DNA from: Bacteroidetes bacterium HGW-Bacteroidetes-4
GTDB taxonomy: Bacteria; Bacteroidota; Bacteroidia; Bacteroidales; SZUA-534
Reading direction: 5' to 3'
Assembly (NCBI GenBank): GCA_002840905.1
Contig: PHDD01000005.1
Coordinates: forward strand, 3,012 to 67,011
Length of the DNA stretch: 64,000 bases
In this document: positions 49,093-57,313 of the stretch, piece after piece
How positions within the stretch are numbered: the stretch's first letter is position 1
Layout: each line of letters opens with the position of its first letter
Made by a program: the position numbers and the translations under genes
The notes under the pieces: generated by a model
Told to the model about the DNA's origin: nothing
The model's database searches: none
What the model saw: the letters and a program-made list of their open reading frames with translations, nothing else

Positions 49093-50334
49093 CCTGAAGT
49101 TTGGTAAAATATACGGTGACAGCTTTACGGTTTGTCCCAGGTTTTTCCAAATGGCATTTACAGCTACTTCCCATTTAAGCGCCGAAACTCCCGAACGATT
49201 TCCAATCACCCGGTAAGCATCCCCATTATAGTAGATTTCGAGCATCTCTTTAACCTGTGGATTGATGGTTTGTAAAACCTCGAAATCAAGTGTAATAATT
49301 TTTGATTCATCAAGAAACACCATTTCAATTCTGTTGGTGTAGAGTTGAACATCGGCCTTACCTATGAATTTTAAATCGTGACCACTCGAACTGTGATAAA
49401 CTGACGATGCTTTATCTTCGAATAATAAGGTGTCGGGATTGCCATTAAGTTTTTGACTCACCCAATTATACAACCACTGCTCTTCGTAATTATACCAATC
49501 GCTTATATTATCGAAATACAATTCACCTGGGCTTTTTCGCTCAAAAAAACCATAATCGTTTATCTGTAAATCGTAATTACACACAGTGCAAGCAAACTCA
49601 TTTCCAGAGGCAAAAAAAGAATCAATGGCGTGACAATGAGGACATAAATATAGCGCATGATTAATAAATTCTGCTTTATGTTTAGAACGAATGTGGTTCA
49701 TTTCCTGTCTTTGCCAGGCCACTTCGTGGTGGTTTATTGTTTCTGAAAGTAAAGTAAATATTTGTTTCTCTGTTCGTTTTTCAACCTGAGCTTTTGTAAA
49801 AAGAAGCTGGTAAAAAACCACAACTTTTGTACGCCTGATTTTTCCTGACCAGCGCGGATGGAAAAGATGCATTCCTTTCATTATGGGAACCACCACCGGT
49901 ACGTTTAAAAGTTTTATCAGTTTAGCAATCGAGGGATCCATTGGAAACGATGAACCAGACCAGTTACGAACCGCTTCAGGAAAAATTCCAACACTTTCTC
50001 CCTGAGCAATTACATTTAGAATATCGCGGATAACTTTTGTATCGCGCATGTTTTTCTTTTTGGGAATAGTTCCCAGTCGGGTTAAAAAAAAACGCTGAAA
50101 TTTATTTCGGAATGCAGCATCAGATGAAACAAAATGAACAAAATGAGGAAGAAAATTGCCCACCACAAATGGATCCCAAAAACCCACATGGTTACTTAGC
50201 AACAAATAGGGAGGCTTTAGTAGTTTTACTTCGGCAGGCATTATTTTTTTTATCCGGTAAAACTTCGAAAAAGCAATAAAAAAAAGATAGGTAATAAATC
50301 GTATGTAATATTTTGTTGGGTAATATTTCTTCAT
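49084..50334 (-). CDS. Lysophospholipid/glycerol-3-phosphate acyltransferase family protein with a C-terminal extension
   Basis: 416 aa with an N-terminal membrane helix, HX4D (SNHVGFWDPF) and FPEAVRN. The C-terminal half contains a CxxC...CxxC pair (CPHCHAIDS...CTVCNY) and has no function I recognise. Confidence 0.7.
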   Translation of the reverse strand: MKKYYPTKYYIRFITYLFFIAFSKFYRIKKIMPAEVKLLKPPYLLLSNHVGFWDPFVVGNFLPHFVHFVSSDAAFRNKFQRFFLTRLGTIPKKKNMRDTKVIRDILNVIAQGESVGIFPEAVRNWSGSSFPMDPSIAKLIKLLNVPVVVPIMKGMHLFHPRWSGKIRRTKVVVFYQLLFTKAQVEKRTEKQIFTLLSETINHHEVAWQRQEMNHIRSKHKAEFINHALYLCPHCHAIDSFFASGNEFACTVCNYDLQINDYGFFERKSPGELYFDNISDWYNYEEQWLYNWVSQKLNGNPDTLLFEDKASSVYHSSSGHDLKFIGKADVQLYTNRIEMVFLDESKIITLDFEVLQTINPQVKEMLEIYYNGDAYRVIGNRSGVSALKWEVAVNAIWKNLGQTVKLSPYILPNFRKN

Positions 50335-50489
50335 TCGTATAGTTCAATTAAGTACCACAAAGAAAACGCTTTTTTCGGAATGCTTCGAAAAATACAATTC
50401 AAAAGGATTTCATAACCTTAAAGTATTCGAATTTGACAATAAACATTACTTTTACACACGCGTTAAAGGCACAAAACAGGCTTTATTTT

Positions 50490-51458
50490 ATGTATTATTA
50501 TCAATCACAAACCAACAATCCCTATTTTAACATTGCCACTGAAGAGTATCTGCTTAAACAATCCAGCGACGATTTTTTTTACCTCTACATTAACGAGCCC
50601 AGCATTGTGGTTGGTAAACACCAAAATACGATGGCCGAAATTAATGTTCCTTATGTAATTGATAACCAACTGAAAGTAGTCCGCCGTTTATCGGGAGGGG
50701 GAACTGTTTTTCACGATAAGGGAAACATCAATTTCTGCTTTATTCAAAAAGGGGCACAGGGGAACCTTGTGAATTTTAAAAAATACAGCCAACCAATTTT
50801 AGATACCTTACAAAACCTTGGTGTAAATGCTTATTTAAAAGGAAAAAGCGATTTGGTAATTAACGATTTAAAATTCTCAGGCAATGCTGAGCATGTTTAC
50901 CGAAACAAAGTTTTGCACCATGGAACCCTGCTTTACCAATCGGAACTGGGAAAATTAAATGAAGCCATAAAAGCCGATTGGAATAAGTTTACCGACAAAG
51001 CGGTACGCTCTAATCGGAGTGCTGTTACCAACATTTTCGATCACTTGCATCCAAAGCTAAGTATTGAAGCCTTTATTGATACACTTAAAGAAACCGTTTT
51101 TAAACAATTTACCCGGATATCAGAATTCATTTTAAGCACCACCGATAAAAAGGCCATTGAATTGCTGGTAAAAGAAAAATACAACACCTGGGATTGGAAT
51201 TACGCTTACTCACCACAATATGAGTTTCAAAAAAAGCAAAATATAAACGGAAAAGAACTGGCTGTTTCGTTTCGCGTAAACAAAGGAATTATTGAGAATG
51301 CATACATTGCCATTGAACAGGATGAAGACCTGGAATTGAAGCACTTGATTGAAGGGTTGCCTCACCAATACCCAAAGCTTAAGGAGGCATTAACACGGAT
51401 TAATAAAAATAAAGATCTTTCTTTTTTTCCGGATGAAATCTTGCAATTATTATTTTAA
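50490..51458 (+). CDS. lplA: Lipoate--protein ligase
   Basis: The track ORF begins at a TTG (50433). The ATG at 50490 gives MYYYQSQTNNPYFNIATEEYLLK, the usual LplA N-terminus. Motifs are VVGKHQN, RRLSGGGTVFHD and KFSGNA...HHGTLL. Confidence 0.85.
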   Translation: MYYYQSQTNNPYFNIATEEYLLKQSSDDFFYLYINEPSIVVGKHQNTMAEINVPYVIDNQLKVVRRLSGGGTVFHDKGNINFCFIQKGAQGNLVNFKKYSQPILDTLQNLGVNAYLKGKSDLVINDLKFSGNAEHVYRNKVLHHGTLLYQSELGKLNEAIKADWNKFTDKAVRSNRSAVTNIFDHLHPKLSIEAFIDTLKETVFKQFTRISEFILSTTDKKAIELLVKEKYNTWDWNYAYSPQYEFQKKQNINGKELAVSFRVNKGIIENAYIAIEQDEDLELKHLIEGLPHQYPKLKEALTRINKNKDLSFFPDEILQLLF

Positions 51459-52138
51459 TGATAACAAAAAAGCATTTAAACCGGCAAATTGTTAAAACCG
51501 ATGATGGTTCACATACCCTCATTATTCCCGAACTTAACGAACATTATCATTCCATCCATGGTGCCATTCAGGAATCGATGCATGTTTTTATACAGGCAGG
51601 ATTTAATCAATTGGCAAATGCATCAAAGCTTTCAATTCTTGAAATTGGTTTTGGTACTGGGCTAAACACCCTGTTGACTTTCATTCATAGTAAAATGAAC
51701 CAGCAATTCATAGAGTATTGCACCATTGAAAAATATCCGTTAGTAAACGAGGAATTTATGCAGTTGAACTACGCAAGTATTTTGAACGATTATCCCAACG
51801 ATTTGCTTTATCGCATGCATAATGCTCCGTGGAAAAAACCAACAGCAATAGATTCAGAATTCACGCTCTTAAAACTACACCAAGACTTGTTGCATCTGCA
51901 GGTTGATAATACTTTTGATTTAGTTTATTTTGATGCGTTTGGACCCGACAAACAACCTGATTTATGGACAGAAGATGTATTTAAAACAATTTATGGGCTG
52001 ATGAATCGGGGAGCAATACTAACTACTTATTCAGCAAAAGGACAGGTACGCCGAAATATGAAAAATGCGGGTTTTAAAGTGGAACGCATAGCCGGTCCGC
52101 CCGGGAAACGCGAAATGTTGCGTGCTAAAAAACAGTAG
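51458..52138 (+). CDS. mnmD: tRNA 5-methylaminomethyl-2-thiouridine methyltransferase, stand-alone MnmC methyltransferase domain
   Basis: 226 aa with the SAM motif ILEIGFGTGLN and YFDAFGPDKQPDLWT typical of the MnmC(m)/MnmD (DUF752) family. The ATG overlaps the lplA stop (TAATG). Confidence 0.75.
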   Translation: MITKKHLNRQIVKTDDGSHTLIIPELNEHYHSIHGAIQESMHVFIQAGFNQLANASKLSILEIGFGTGLNTLLTFIHSKMNQQFIEYCTIEKYPLVNEEFMQLNYASILNDYPNDLLYRMHNAPWKKPTAIDSEFTLLKLHQDLLHLQVDNTFDLVYFDAFGPDKQPDLWTEDVFKTIYGLMNRGAILTTYSAKGQVRRNMKNAGFKVERIAGPPGKREMLRAKKQ

Positions 52139-52140
52139 GA

Positions 52141-52464
52141 TTAGTGCAGTGGGCAATTGCCAACGCACTCAATAATTTTTGCAAAATTCTCGTGACGCAG
52201 CGAGTAAAATGTATTTTTTCCTTCACGTTTTGAACAAAGCACACCCTTATCTTTTAAAATTCCCAGGTGATGTGAAGTGCTCGACTGCTCAATTCCTAAT
52301 TTTTGGTGAATCTCGCTTACCGTTAACTTTCCCCCATTTTCCAATAACCCTAAAATAGCAATACGCATGGGGTGCGCTATAGCTTTTAACATATTGGCTA
52401 CACTTTCCAGCTTTTCAATTTCAAGCTCCTGAATGTTCATTACTTTGGCTCCTATTTTTTCCAC
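52141..52464 (-). CDS. ArsR/SmtB-family winged-helix transcriptional regulator
   Basis: 107 aa. LKAIAHPMRIAILGLLENGGKLTVSEIHQKLGIEQSSTSHHLGILKDKGV is the ArsR HTH core. It lacks the ELCVCDL alpha-3 site and has a C-terminal CVGNCPLH. Confidence 0.85.
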   Translation of the reverse strand: MEKIGAKVMNIQELEIEKLESVANMLKAIAHPMRIAILGLLENGGKLTVSEIHQKLGIEQSSTSHHLGILKDKGVLCSKREGKNTFYSLRHENFAKIIECVGNCPLH

Positions 52465-52543
52465 AGCTGATTTATCTTTTCTTGTTTTAACGATAATATA
52501 CTTTACTTTAGCAAAATAGCCACTTTTTTATTAAACACACAAA

Positions 52544-52561
52544 TATTTAGATAACTAAATA
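52544..52561. promoter_or_regulatory. Candidate operator palindrome upstream of the ArsR-family gene
   Basis: Perfect inverted repeat TATTTAG-ATAA-CTAAATA, about 80-97 nt upstream of the ArsR start codon. It is AT-rich, so chance occurrence is plausible. Confidence 0.3.
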
Positions 52562-52687
52562 CGTTAAAATGTACCTGATGCAATTTTAAAAAATTGTCCA
52601 TCAAACAAAAACGACAGGTTTATTTTTAAGAAAAATGGCTCCTAAAATAACCGCTTAAAAATAAGAGCTTTTGGGGAGTAAAAACAT

Positions 52688-52721
52688 GAGAAGCATCAGG
52701 TTTTTGTTTCTAATGCTTCTC
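52688..52721 (-). terminator. Hairpin terminator after the T9SS nuclease gene
   Basis: A 9-bp stem GAGAAGCAT (52688-52696) / ATGCTTCTC (52713-52721) with a 16-nt loop. On the minus strand it is followed by ATGTTTTTA. Confidence 0.5.
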
Positions 52722-52728
52722 CATTTTA

Positions 52729-53676
52729 TTAGGGTAGTTTCACAAACGATTTGGCAATTACCGTTGCCTTATCTTCAATTAAGATGATGTATTTTCCCTG
52801 GGGTAATGCAGAAACGTTAATGGCTTCATTTTCCAGTGTTCCATGCTGAACCTGACGACCTAAAATGTTAATTATCGAGTAGGAAGCTTCTTTCAATCCG
52901 TCAACATATAATATACTGGTTGCAGGGTTTGGAAAAACACGAATATTTTCGGCAAGCGACAAGTTTACTGATGTAGGATTCCATATACTGGAAACAAACT
53001 CTGGACGATCGATAAAAGGATTGCGGTTGTTTTGATACGAATAAATTACCTCGTTGCGGTTACGTTCAAAATCATCAACCGGATCCTGATTGTGCCATTC
53101 CAGCAAAACATCTAACTTGGCCATTTCATGAGTAGCCGGTGGGGTATTCACCAATTCAAGGTTGGAATACCTAACGGTCATATAAAAAAGAATACGTGCA
53201 ATGTCACCCTTTACTTCATCTCTGGGTTCATAGGTGTCTGCAGACCTGTAATTATCAAAATAATCGTTGCTTCGTGAGGAATTTTCGCTGGGATTAGCAG
53301 GTTTTAAATTATGCAAATCGGAGCCTTCGTTTATTGATGAATTCGTTACACTAACACCTAAGAGCGATTGTGGCCAAACATGCTCCCTGTTCCAGGTTGC
53401 ACCGGCATCCCAGGTACCCGAAACTGATGTACCTAAGTATAGCAAAATAACATTATTTTCATTATTAGGATCCTGATCGGTTTCATCAAGAATATATCTT
53501 GAGTCGCCATAGCTAATTCCATTATATCCCTCGGTGACAACACCTCTTAAAAATAATTCGAGGTCGGTTCCGGTTAAACCTTCAGCACCTTCATAATAAC
53601 CAGTTGGAATCTGGCTAAACAATATTGTAGTACTTAAAACCAAAAATTGAATAAACAATAGTATTTTTTTACTCAT
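52729..53676 (-). CDS. Secreted endonuclease I-family nuclease with a T9SS C-terminal sorting domain
   Basis: 315 aa with a signal peptide, the endonuclease I motifs NREHVWPQS, DLHNLKPANPSENSSRSN and NRNPFIDRPE, and the C-terminal VFPNPATSILYV...GKYIILI sorting domain. Confidence 0.8.
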   Translation of the reverse strand: MSKKILLFIQFLVLSTTILFSQIPTGYYEGAEGLTGTDLELFLRGVVTEGYNGISYGDSRYILDETDQDPNNENNVILLYLGTSVSGTWDAGATWNREHVWPQSLLGVSVTNSSINEGSDLHNLKPANPSENSSRSNDYFDNYRSADTYEPRDEVKGDIARILFYMTVRYSNLELVNTPPATHEMAKLDVLLEWHNQDPVDDFERNRNEVIYSYQNNRNPFIDRPEFVSSIWNPTSVNLSLAENIRVFPNPATSILYVDGLKEASYSIINILGRQVQHGTLENEAINVSALPQGKYIILIEDKATVIAKSFVKLP

Positions 53677-53759
53677 ATCAACAAAAATTAAAGTATTTCT
53701 TTATTGGCTGCAAAGTTAACCGAATTTCTTATTTTTAAAGCCAACAAAAAATATTTCTC

Positions 53760-54212
53760 ATGCGAATTGTATTGCAAAGAGTTTCAGAAGCATCAGTTTC
53801 CATCAACAACCAAACAATTTCAAAGGTAGGTTCAGGGATCCTTCTACTGTTGGGTATCGAAGAAATTGATAAACTTGAAGATGTGGAATGGCTGGTAAAG
53901 AAAGTGGTAAACCTCAGGATTTTCGATGATGAAAACGGTGTAATGAATCGGTCGTTACTTGAAACCGGAGGCGAAATACTGGTAGTAAGCCAATTCACGC
54001 TTCATGCCTCAACCAAAAAAGGGAACCGCCCCTCTTACATAAAAGCAGCCCGGCCCGAAACAGCAATTCCACTCTATCAAAAATTTATTGAAATCCTGCA
54101 AACACAGCTTTCAACAAAAGTTCAAACGGGTGAATTTGGTGCCATGATGCAAGTTCAGCTTACAAACGATGGCCCCGTAACTATTATCATCGATTCAAAA
54201 AACCGCGACTAA
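53760..54212 (+). CDS. dtd: D-aminoacyl-tRNA deacylase
   Basis: 150 aa with MRIVLQRV, VVSQFTL and NDGPVTIIID, the conserved Dtd motifs. Confidence 0.95.
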   Translation: MRIVLQRVSEASVSINNQTISKVGSGILLLLGIEEIDKLEDVEWLVKKVVNLRIFDDENGVMNRSLLETGGEILVVSQFTLHASTKKGNRPSYIKAARPETAIPLYQKFIEILQTQLSTKVQTGEFGAMMQVQLTNDGPVTIIIDSKNRD

Positions 54213-54216
54213 TAAA

Positions 54217-54249
54217 AAAGCCGCCCTAACCTTTTGTTAAAGCGGCTTT
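54217..54249. terminator. Hairpin terminator between dtd and the convergent hypothetical gene
   Basis: AAAGCCGC (54217-54224) / GCGGCTTT (54242-54249) with a 17-nt loop. There is a T6 run on the minus strand and a weaker T-run on the plus strand. Confidence 0.55.
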
Positions 54250-54271
54250 AAAACCACAAATCAACTTTTGC

Positions 54272-54946
54272 TTACTCTAAAGGCTGAACGTTATTTTTTG
54301 CATTCCATTTTTTCCATGCCGGAGTTGCCCAGCTTTTCATATAGCGCAACAAATAATCGCTTTCTTTATCAACCAAGGTAAATTTTGTTTCTTCTTCTAC
54401 CACTTTCCAACGGTCGTCGGTGGTACCTGCCAATCCGCCTACCCATTTATAGGCAATGGCATAACTTCCAAAGGTTTGCATTTTATTGGCTTCAAGCGTA
54501 ACTTCAACGGGTTGCTCCAAAGGTATCAGTTGCTTTATATGATAAGGTAATCCTTTAAAGGGTCCGTATTCGGCAAGGTAATTAGGTCCTTTAATTTTAC
54601 GATATTCTTCGAGCTTACTGTAATCGGTATAGTCGTGATAAAACCCAATTAACGTATAAACTCCTGGAGCTAAGTTCTCAGAATAATAGATATTCGTAAT
54701 ATCAGCAGCAGCATCGTAATTCCGGAAGGGAACAATTGTACCATCGGATCCTTTTACTGCAGGTGCCCATCCCGAAAAATTCAGGTTCGACATCAGGCGC
54801 ATGGTACCTTCATCGTCATGGGCAAACTGCACAACCAACATACTTGCATCGGGCGAAGCCGGTTTATCAACTTTCGGAAATAATTGTGCCTTGCTTGTAA
54901 ATCCAATTACAATCAGCAATAACACCATTGTTAGAAATTTCTTCAT
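54272..54946 (-). CDS. Secreted hypothetical protein
   Basis: 224 aa with a signal peptide (MKKFLTMVLLLIVIGFTSKAQ). No motif I recognise. Coding status is supported by length, the signal peptide and a dedicated terminator. Confidence 0.55.
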   Translation of the reverse strand: MKKFLTMVLLLIVIGFTSKAQLFPKVDKPASPDASMLVVQFAHDDEGTMRLMSNLNFSGWAPAVKGSDGTIVPFRNYDAAADITNIYYSENLAPGVYTLIGFYHDYTDYSKLEEYRKIKGPNYLAEYGPFKGLPYHIKQLIPLEQPVEVTLEANKMQTFGSYAIAYKWVGGLAGTTDDRWKVVEEETKFTLVDKESDYLLRYMKSWATPAWKKWNAKNNVQPLE

Positions 54947-55272
54947 AATAACCTCCTGTTTTTAAATAATTTATTTTGTTTACCAATACTGTAATCATAC
55001 TTAGCCATATAAAATAAGCATTAAAAAACCAGACCTTACGAATCGATTAGCAAACGCAACCAACTGATGAACAATAGTGCCTTTTGGCTTACTATCTGCA
55101 AAGTAAAAATCAAAACATTAAAAGGTTGCATATATTAACATAACGAGTCAAAGGTGTTAAAAGGCAGTAGTAAAAATACTTAAAAACACCCATTGATACA
55201 CGCAGTAAGAATCCGCACCTTTGCTTGGCTTATAAGGTAAAGTTCAAAATAAATTACCTAATTGATTACTTG

Positions 55273-55473
55273 ATGTTTATAGATATACTAAACATAAAAA
55301 CTGAAGAGAAAATTAAAGTTACCACAGATCGCCCGCTAAAAAGTATTGTAAAAACAATTACCTGGCGGATTATTGGAACTTTTGACACCATTTTTATTTC
55401 ATCTATATTGACGGGTAAATTTACCCTTGCTTTATCCATTGGGTCTATTGAAGATTTCCAAAAAATTTTTTAA
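55273..55473 (+). CDS. DUF2061 membrane protein, apparently truncated by an in-frame TAA
   Basis: The ATG at 55273 gives MFIDILNIKTEEKIKVTTDRPLKSIVKTITWRIIGTFDTIFISSILTGKFTLALSIGSIEDFQKIF*. The S..K.itWR..gt.dT...s...TG core is the DUF2061 pattern. The family's C-terminal LYY.HER.W helix is missing, but a degenerate in-frame remnant follows the stop. Confidence 0.5.
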   Translation: MFIDILNIKTEEKIKVTTDRPLKSIVKTITWRIIGTFDTIFISSILTGKFTLALSIGSIEDFQKIF

Positions 55474-55597
55474 TATTTTCTCCAGTGTTGTTCATGGACG
55501 GAGTTATGTTGAGGCCGAATATTAGTGATTATCAGAATAAATTCTCGCCGTTCAAGACGATGAATTAAACAAATTAATTATTAAAAGAGCTTAAAAA

Positions 55598-56302
55598 ATG
55601 CTTGCCAAAAAAGTTAATGAATTAAACCAAGAGGTTAAAAGTCTTGATACGGTCGGGGCTTTACGTTTTTTAGCCGAAGCTTATCGGAGTAAAATAGTTT
55701 TTACTACCAGTTTTGGTTATGAAGATCAGGTAATTACTCATCTTATTTTCAAGAATGACATTCCTATCGAAGTAATAACACTGGACACCGGCCGACTTTT
55801 TAAAGAAACTTACAAAGTTTTTAGCCAAACCCTTGACACGTATAAAAAACAAATAAACGTGTATTTCCCTAAAGGTGATGCGGTTGAAAAGATGCTTAGT
55901 CAGAAAGGTCCTTTTAGTTTTTACGAATCGGTTGAGAACCGTCAGGAATGCTGCCATATTCGTAAAGTGGAACCATTAAACCGGGCTTTGCAGGGAGTTG
56001 AAATGTGGATTACCGGAATCCGGGCTGAACAATCACCAAACCGAAAAGGAATGACCTTTTTTGAATTAGATGAACCCCGACAAATTATTAAATACAACCC
56101 CTTACTAAACTGGACTTTTGATGAAGTAAAGACTTTTGTAAAACAAAACAACATCCCTTATAATGTTTTACACGATGCCGGTTTTGTCAGTATAGGTTGT
56201 GAACCCTGCACCCGAGCCATTAAACCAGGCGACGATTTTAGAGCCGGACGCTGGTGGTGGGAAAACAACTCGAAAAAAGAATGTGGATTACACACCCATT
56301 AA
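55598..56302 (+). CDS. cysH: Assimilatory adenylyl-sulfate (APS)/PAPS reductase, Fe-S type
   Basis: 234 aa with the PP-loop-like fold, the catalytic C-terminal KKECGLHTH, and the Cys pair C118-C119 (TGC TGC at 55949-55954) plus C201-x-x-C204 (SIGCEPCT) typical of the 4Fe-4S-containing APS-reductase subclass. Confidence 0.85.
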   Translation: MLAKKVNELNQEVKSLDTVGALRFLAEAYRSKIVFTTSFGYEDQVITHLIFKNDIPIEVITLDTGRLFKETYKVFSQTLDTYKKQINVYFPKGDAVEKMLSQKGPFSFYESVENRQECCHIRKVEPLNRALQGVEMWITGIRAEQSPNRKGMTFFELDEPRQIIKYNPLLNWTFDEVKTFVKQNNIPYNVLHDAGFVSIGCEPCTRAIKPGDDFRAGRWWWENNSKKECGLHTH

Positions 56303-56345
56303 ACTACTTTATTCAATAAATAGTAACTAATCAAAATTTCAAGAT

Positions 56346-57254
56346 ATGACAAGAGCTATCAACAGGAACCACTTACGGGAGCTGGAAAGTGAAGCCATTT
56401 TTATTATGCGCGAAATTGCCGCTCAGTTTGAGCGTCCTGTATTGCTATTTTCAGGAGGAAAAGACTCCATAGTGCTGGTACATCTGGCAGTTAAAGCTTT
56501 TTATCCTTCGCGGATTCCTTTCCCATTATTGCACATCGATACCGGACATAATTTTCAGGAAACCCTGGATTATCGCGATGTACTGGTTGAAAAAGTGGGT
56601 GCAAAACTTTATGTGGGTTCTGTTCAGGATTCTATTAACAAAGGACGCGCTGTTGAAGAAACCGGCGTTGGTGCCAGTCGTAATAAGCTGCAAACCATAA
56701 CCCTGCTCGATACTTTAGAAGAACTAAAAGCCGATGCGGCCATAGGTGGCGGCCGACGCGACGAAGAAAAAGCCCGGGCTAAAGAACGTTTTTTCTCACA
56801 CCGTGATGCTTTTGGACAGTGGGACCCAAAAAACCAACGTCCGGAACTGTGGAACCTTTTTAACGGCCGGAAAAATGTAGGCGAACATTTTCGGGTTTTC
56901 CCCATAAGTAATTGGACCGAGATGGATGTCTGGCAGTATATATTAATGGAAAACATCGAAATGCCTAACCTTTATTACACGCACAAACGCAGGGTTTTCC
57001 AACGCGATGGAGTGTGGCTGGCCGAAGCCCCTTTTATGGAACTCAAAGAAGGCGAAGAAATTCTGGAACTGGATGTTCGCTGCCGAACCATTGGCGATAT
57101 CAGTTGTACCGGACTAACTCTGTCGAACGCCAACAACTTAGAAGATATTGTAAAAGAAGTAGCTGCATCGCGTATAACTGAACGCGGTGGACGCGCAGAC
57201 GACAAGCGTTCAGAAGCTGCAATGGAAGATCGCAAAAAAGAAGGATACTTTTAA
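56346..57254 (+). CDS. cysD: Sulfate adenylyltransferase subunit 2
   Basis: 302 aa with the PP-loop LFSGGKDS, HIDTGHNF and the C-terminal RADDKRSEAAMEDRKKEGYF. Confidence 0.95.
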   Translation: MTRAINRNHLRELESEAIFIMREIAAQFERPVLLFSGGKDSIVLVHLAVKAFYPSRIPFPLLHIDTGHNFQETLDYRDVLVEKVGAKLYVGSVQDSINKGRAVEETGVGASRNKLQTITLLDTLEELKADAAIGGGRRDEEKARAKERFFSHRDAFGQWDPKNQRPELWNLFNGRKNVGEHFRVFPISNWTEMDVWQYILMENIEMPNLYYTHKRRVFQRDGVWLAEAPFMELKEGEEILELDVRCRTIGDISCTGLTLSNANNLEDIVKEVAASRITERGGRADDKRSEAAMEDRKKEGYF

Positions 57255-57313
57255 GCGTTTATTTAATATATCCAACTGTCAGTTTTTACATAACATAATC
57301 GAAATTTTATAAA

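Noticed and set aside
53735-53998. An 87-aa minus-strand ORF overlapping dtd
   Set aside because: It is the antisense shadow of the highly conserved dtd gene, with Ser-rich low-complexity translation.
54947-55597. Looked for a SAM or other sulfur-metabolite riboswitch ahead of the DUF2061-cysHDN cluster
   Set aside because: I recognised no conserved riboswitch core and no terminator/antiterminator pair. Only AT-rich sequence is present.
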